Shown piece after piece: positions 60,301-64,000 of a DNA stretch of 64,000 nt. The first letter of the stretch is position 1. Every line of letters starts with the position of its first letter. The notes beneath the pieces were generated by a model. That model did no database searches and was not told where the DNA came from. It saw only the letters and a program-made list of their open reading frames with translations. Source of the stretch: Macrostomum lignano (taxonomy: Eukaryota); NCBI GenBank assembly GCA_002269645.1, contig NIVC01000135.1, positions 186,001 through 250,000 of the forward strand, in the 5' to 3' direction. Both the position numbers and the translations under genes were made by a program.

Positions 60301-63300
60301 GAATTACTGAAATGTCAAGGCTTACTTGGGGGAATTGCTGAGTTGTCAAGGCCTAATGGGGGAATTGTGAGAAGTCAAGACTTACTGGAGGAATTACTGA
60401 GATTCGATACTTACTGGGGGGAATTGCTGAATTGTCAAGGCCTACTAAGGGAATTTCTGAGATGTCAAAGCCTACTGGGGGAATTTCTGAGATGTCAAGG
60501 CCTACTAAGGGAATTTCTGAGATGTCAAGGCTTACTGGGGAAATTGATGAGATGTCATCAAGGCTTATGGCATATTGAGCTCCTGCTGTGGACCAGAATA
60601 TGCCCAGGCCAATGACGATATGCACTAAGAGTTTGTGCTTGAAAGGATAAGTACTATTTGCTGAATGAGAAAGGGTTTTGGGCTGATGAAGGAAACTTTG
60701 GCTGGTGAAGGTTTTGATTCATGGCAACTGGGGGAATCGCTGAGATGTCAAGGCTTACTCGGGGAATCGCTGAGATGTCAAGGCTTACTGGGGGAATCGC
60801 TGAGATGTCAAGGCTTACTTTGGGGGAATTGCTGGGATGTCAAGGCTTGGGGAGAATTGCTGACTTGTTAAGGCTTATTTTGGGGAATTGCTGAGATGTC
60901 AAGGCTTACTGGGGGTAAGGTTATTACTCATAGGCCAAAATAAAAACCATTTGGCGTTATTCTTGCGTCCCCCAACGGGGGGCTTAAATTGCTAGTAAAC
61001 TACTAAAACCCATTAATGGCGTATTTAACTAGGTCTTTCCTTTTCGTAGGAGCTAGTTCTCACCTTAGCGTAGTCTATGGTCAGAATTTATATAACTGAC
61101 ATCAACTTGAGTCCTGGTAAACGATTTAATTTCAGCGATGTGCTCAGCATGTTGGCGTCCACTGGCTTGGCAACTTTCGAATGTCACTGCATTCAACACC
61201 AGCTCCATATGGCGTCCATGTCTCCTTCACCCTCCTTTTCTCTCCTTTCTACTTACTTGTGTTCGCTGCTAGCTTTAGTCACTAGAATTTAGTCTATGGT
61301 TGAATTACGCCTTCTCTTCCTGAACTTATCTTCGCCTCGCGCCTTACTCGGTTTCAGATTTTTTTGATTTCCGCAAGGTTAATGAGAAAGGGCCATAAAG
61401 AACATAGCAGGCTACGGTGAATTATTGATACAAGCAACTCACGCTGTCAGCGCGATAAGAAGGCCAAGCAAGAGGCATAAGCTTCATTAACCCTCAAGAT
61501 AGGGAATGAAACGGACAAGATAGCTACTCAAATTCTAACGATTAAGGACTGTTGACTGGTTTCACTTAGTTCTGAGAGTTGTACATTAAAAAACTGGAAA
61601 GAAATGTTATGAGCAGCATAAGTTGCAGTGATATTACGGACGCTACAATGGCTCAGAAGCACAGTAAAACTAACTAATGTAGAATACCATTTGATGAAAA
61701 TTGATGCAATTTAAGCTGTACAAATGCTATTACTGTCCAAATATCTCTATAAAGCTTCACTGTTCACTCAAAATTATTTGCTAAATAGTTTGCGCAAATT
61801 GTGAATGGACCCAGTAAAACACAGATAGCGGAGTTATCCGAGCATGCAGCCGCATATCCATCAACGCAGTCACACATCAAGCTTTTGTTAATTCGCGCAA
61901 ACGAACAACTGCAGCTTGCCGAAAAAGACGAACAGCTCAAGCAGGTGCACACCGCCGGACCTGCAGCTGTACAGCCGGTTCATCAGAGATCGAAGGCCCG
62001 CCGTCATCCCGGCCGACCTGTGCAGCAAGCGGGGCAGCCCCAACTGGCTGCGGGTGTCGCAGTCCAGAGTGCAGCTGCTCAGTCAGTTCGCAACGGCCAA
62101 CTGCTCAGCAGAGCCCGTGCTGAGAATCGACGATCACACCAGCAAGTTCGGCAGCGCTCAGCCAATCAGAAACGGCAGCGAGCTGCCCAGCCTGGGCTTC
62201 CGGGCGTCCTGCAGGTCGCCAGACGGCACGAAGCACAGCTCCGTGTACTACGGGACCAGGAGACTGCGGGACTCCCAGCTGCCCCCACTGCGGCCAGGCG
62301 ACGTCAAGCGAGACAACATCATCATTCTCGGACTGGACTCGCTCTCCCGACTCGAGAGTCTGAGGTCTCTCGTCAATGCGAGCCGTCTGCTGAGAACACA
62401 GCTGGGAGCGCTCAGCCTCCTGCAGTACAACATCCTGGGAGACGGCACGCCGGCCGCTCTGGTGCCGATCCTCACCGGGACGAGGGAGTCCGACATGCCC
62501 GAAGCTCGCCGGGGCTTCAAGGGAGCTCGGCATCTGGATGAGGTGATGCAGTTCATCTTCCACAAGCTAAAGGAGCTGGGCTACCTCACTCTGTATGGAG
62601 AGGAGGGCAGCAGCTTTGGTGAGGCTGTCTAACAAGTTTGCGATTGTGAGTACACTGTCGTTCTTGGATGTCGCAAGTCATCCCGGATCTCCCGTAATTC
62701 TCGACTTTCAGGGACCTTCCAGCTGAGATTCCTGGGCTTCAAGAACGAGCCCGCCGACTTCTACCTGAGACCGGTGCTGCAGAAACAGGAGGCCCTCCAG
62801 TCTCATCACATCTGCATCGGAAACGAGATGGCGCCTGCCAGAATGCTCACCGCCATCAAGGACATGTTCTCGATGTACCCTGACCGACCGAAGTTCGCCT
62901 TCAGCTTCTTCAGCTCGCTGTCTCACGAGAGCAAAGACCTCACTCCGATGGACGCTGAGCTGACCGACTTCCTGAAGTGGTTCGTCAGCGAGAACCTCAT
63001 CAGCAACACGACTCTCATCCTGATGTCGGACCACGGACAGAGACTCGGGCCGCTGAGGAACTCGATGCAGGGCAAGCTGGAGGAGTCGCTGCCGCTCATG
63101 ACAGTCGCGCTGAGTCGGCAGCTCGAGGCTCGGCTTCCTCGAGCTCGGCAGACTCTGGCGACCAACCGGAACCGACTGACGATTCCCACGGACATTCACC
63201 GGACTCTGCTGAGCATCGCTGGATCCGATGCGACCGCTGCTGCTGCTGCTGCGGACAAGTTCAGGTCGTACTCGTTGATCGATGAGGAAGTTCCCGAGAC

Positions 63301-63955
63301 CAGAGGCTGCTCAGAGGCGGGCATCCCGGCTCACTGGTGCTCGTGTCTGAGCTCTGAGAAGATGCAACATCCGGAGAGTGAGCAGCTGCCCGTGAGAGCT
63401 GCTCAGTTCGCTGTGGCGCAGATGAACCTCGCCACGGCCGGCTTCCGGAACGCGTGCGCCGAGCTGCGGCTCGACAGCATCGGCGAAGCGGACGTGACGC
63501 GGGTGAGTTGGGCCTTTGAGTGCAGACCGTTTGGATTTTTTACGCATTTTCGTTGTTTTTATACGTCAAGGGATTTATTGTTTAAACAGAAATTCTATTA
63601 CAGAAGTCATTGAATCCAGTTGAAGACTAAGAATTGCATCGTTCTCTATTAGGCCAGCAACGACCTGGCTCAGAGGAAGCGCGGAATCGAGGGCCGTTTT
63701 GCGCTCACCACCACAGACCTGTCGGTTCGAGCCTCCGGTTACGTCACCAGCCGTTTCAGGACTTCGCCTAACGAAGGGCAGTACGAAGCCACAGTGCAGT
63801 TCACGCTGACCAGAAAAGGCTCAGAATTTCACCTGAATTTCGAGCAGCTGGGCGAGTCATCGAGGATCAATAAGTACGGAAGCCAGGCCGATTGTATCGT
63901 TACTCGAGCGCCTCACCTGAGGAAGTTTTGCTATTGCTTAACTAATCAGCTGTGA
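57394..63955 (+). CDS. DUF229-family type II membrane protein, copy C, 4 exons (first exon 1b)
   Basis: Exons 57394-57608, 61915-62618, 62712-63502 and 63653-63955 join in frame (phases 2, 1, 0). Same motifs as copy A; ends SRINKYGSQADCI..LRKFCYC. Confidence 0.85.
58110..58336 (+). repeat. 31-bp minisatellite (CTGGCTCTTCTTTTCACATGGAAGTCCCAGT)
   Basis: Seen directly. Confidence 0.94.
58473..58900 (-). mobile_element. Degenerate Crypton/DUF3504-like tyrosine-recombinase transposon fragment
   Basis: RFANLSSDDIEWKIQSAIPDGTR..(frameshift) WALAVFNE*..FSMKRFFLKVRKKDLCNYNASTVKD resembles the RFA..IP.NT..WA..F..W and F.EVRK.DG..Y...TL blocks of the metazoan Crypton/ZMYM-KCTD1 N-terminal region. Confidence 0.55.
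59083..59636 (+). mobile_element. Second non-autonomous long-TIR Tc1-like element
   Basis: Inverted arms 59083-59252 and 59476-59636, TA at both ends, internal AAGTGAGACATTTTT repeats. Spacer from 59260 encodes frameshifted MANQLRLTSNEDRER.VNAVEDGYSISTASKILNL. Confidence 0.6.
59925..60915 (+). repeat. 31-33-bp minisatellite (GGGGGAATTGCTGAGATTTCAAGGCTTACTG), split by unique DNA at ~60565-60725
   Basis: Seen directly. Confidence 0.92.
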
Positions 63956-64000
63956 CCTGACCTGACCTGTGAGCTGTGACTTTCTTATGAGTCTAACTTG

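Overview
Eukaryotic (metazoan) genomic DNA with GC-rich exons and GT-AG introns, most of them filled by minisatellites. This style resembles a Macrostomum-type flatworm genome, but that is inference only. Spliced genes reconstructed by hand: IRAK1BP1/SIMPL (3 exons, 5' end outside the window), a secreted fibrinogen-related (FReD) gene with an apparent 1-nt frameshift, a single-exon atypical ZIP/SLC39 transporter, a 9-exon holocarboxylase synthetase (HLCS), and a cluster of DUF229 (alkaline-phosphatase/sulfatase-like) type II membrane genes. The cluster has one complete minus-strand copy, one 3'-truncated copy, and one plus-strand copy with two candidate first exons. Mobile DNA: a full-length, young Ty3/Gypsy element (427-bp LTRs, GGCT target duplication, one 2055-aa Gag-Pol ORF) nested in a LINE relic, a 2.2-kb putative solo LTR, an orphan LTR with a tRNA-Leu primer site, two related long-TIR Tc1-like non-autonomous elements, a Crypton-like relic, and CORE-type SINEs. 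The most notable observation is a cold-shock-domain-like module (UNR/CSDE1 type) between the Gag zinc knuckle and the protease of the Gypsy polyprotein. All homology calls are by eye against recalled family sequences; no searches were run.
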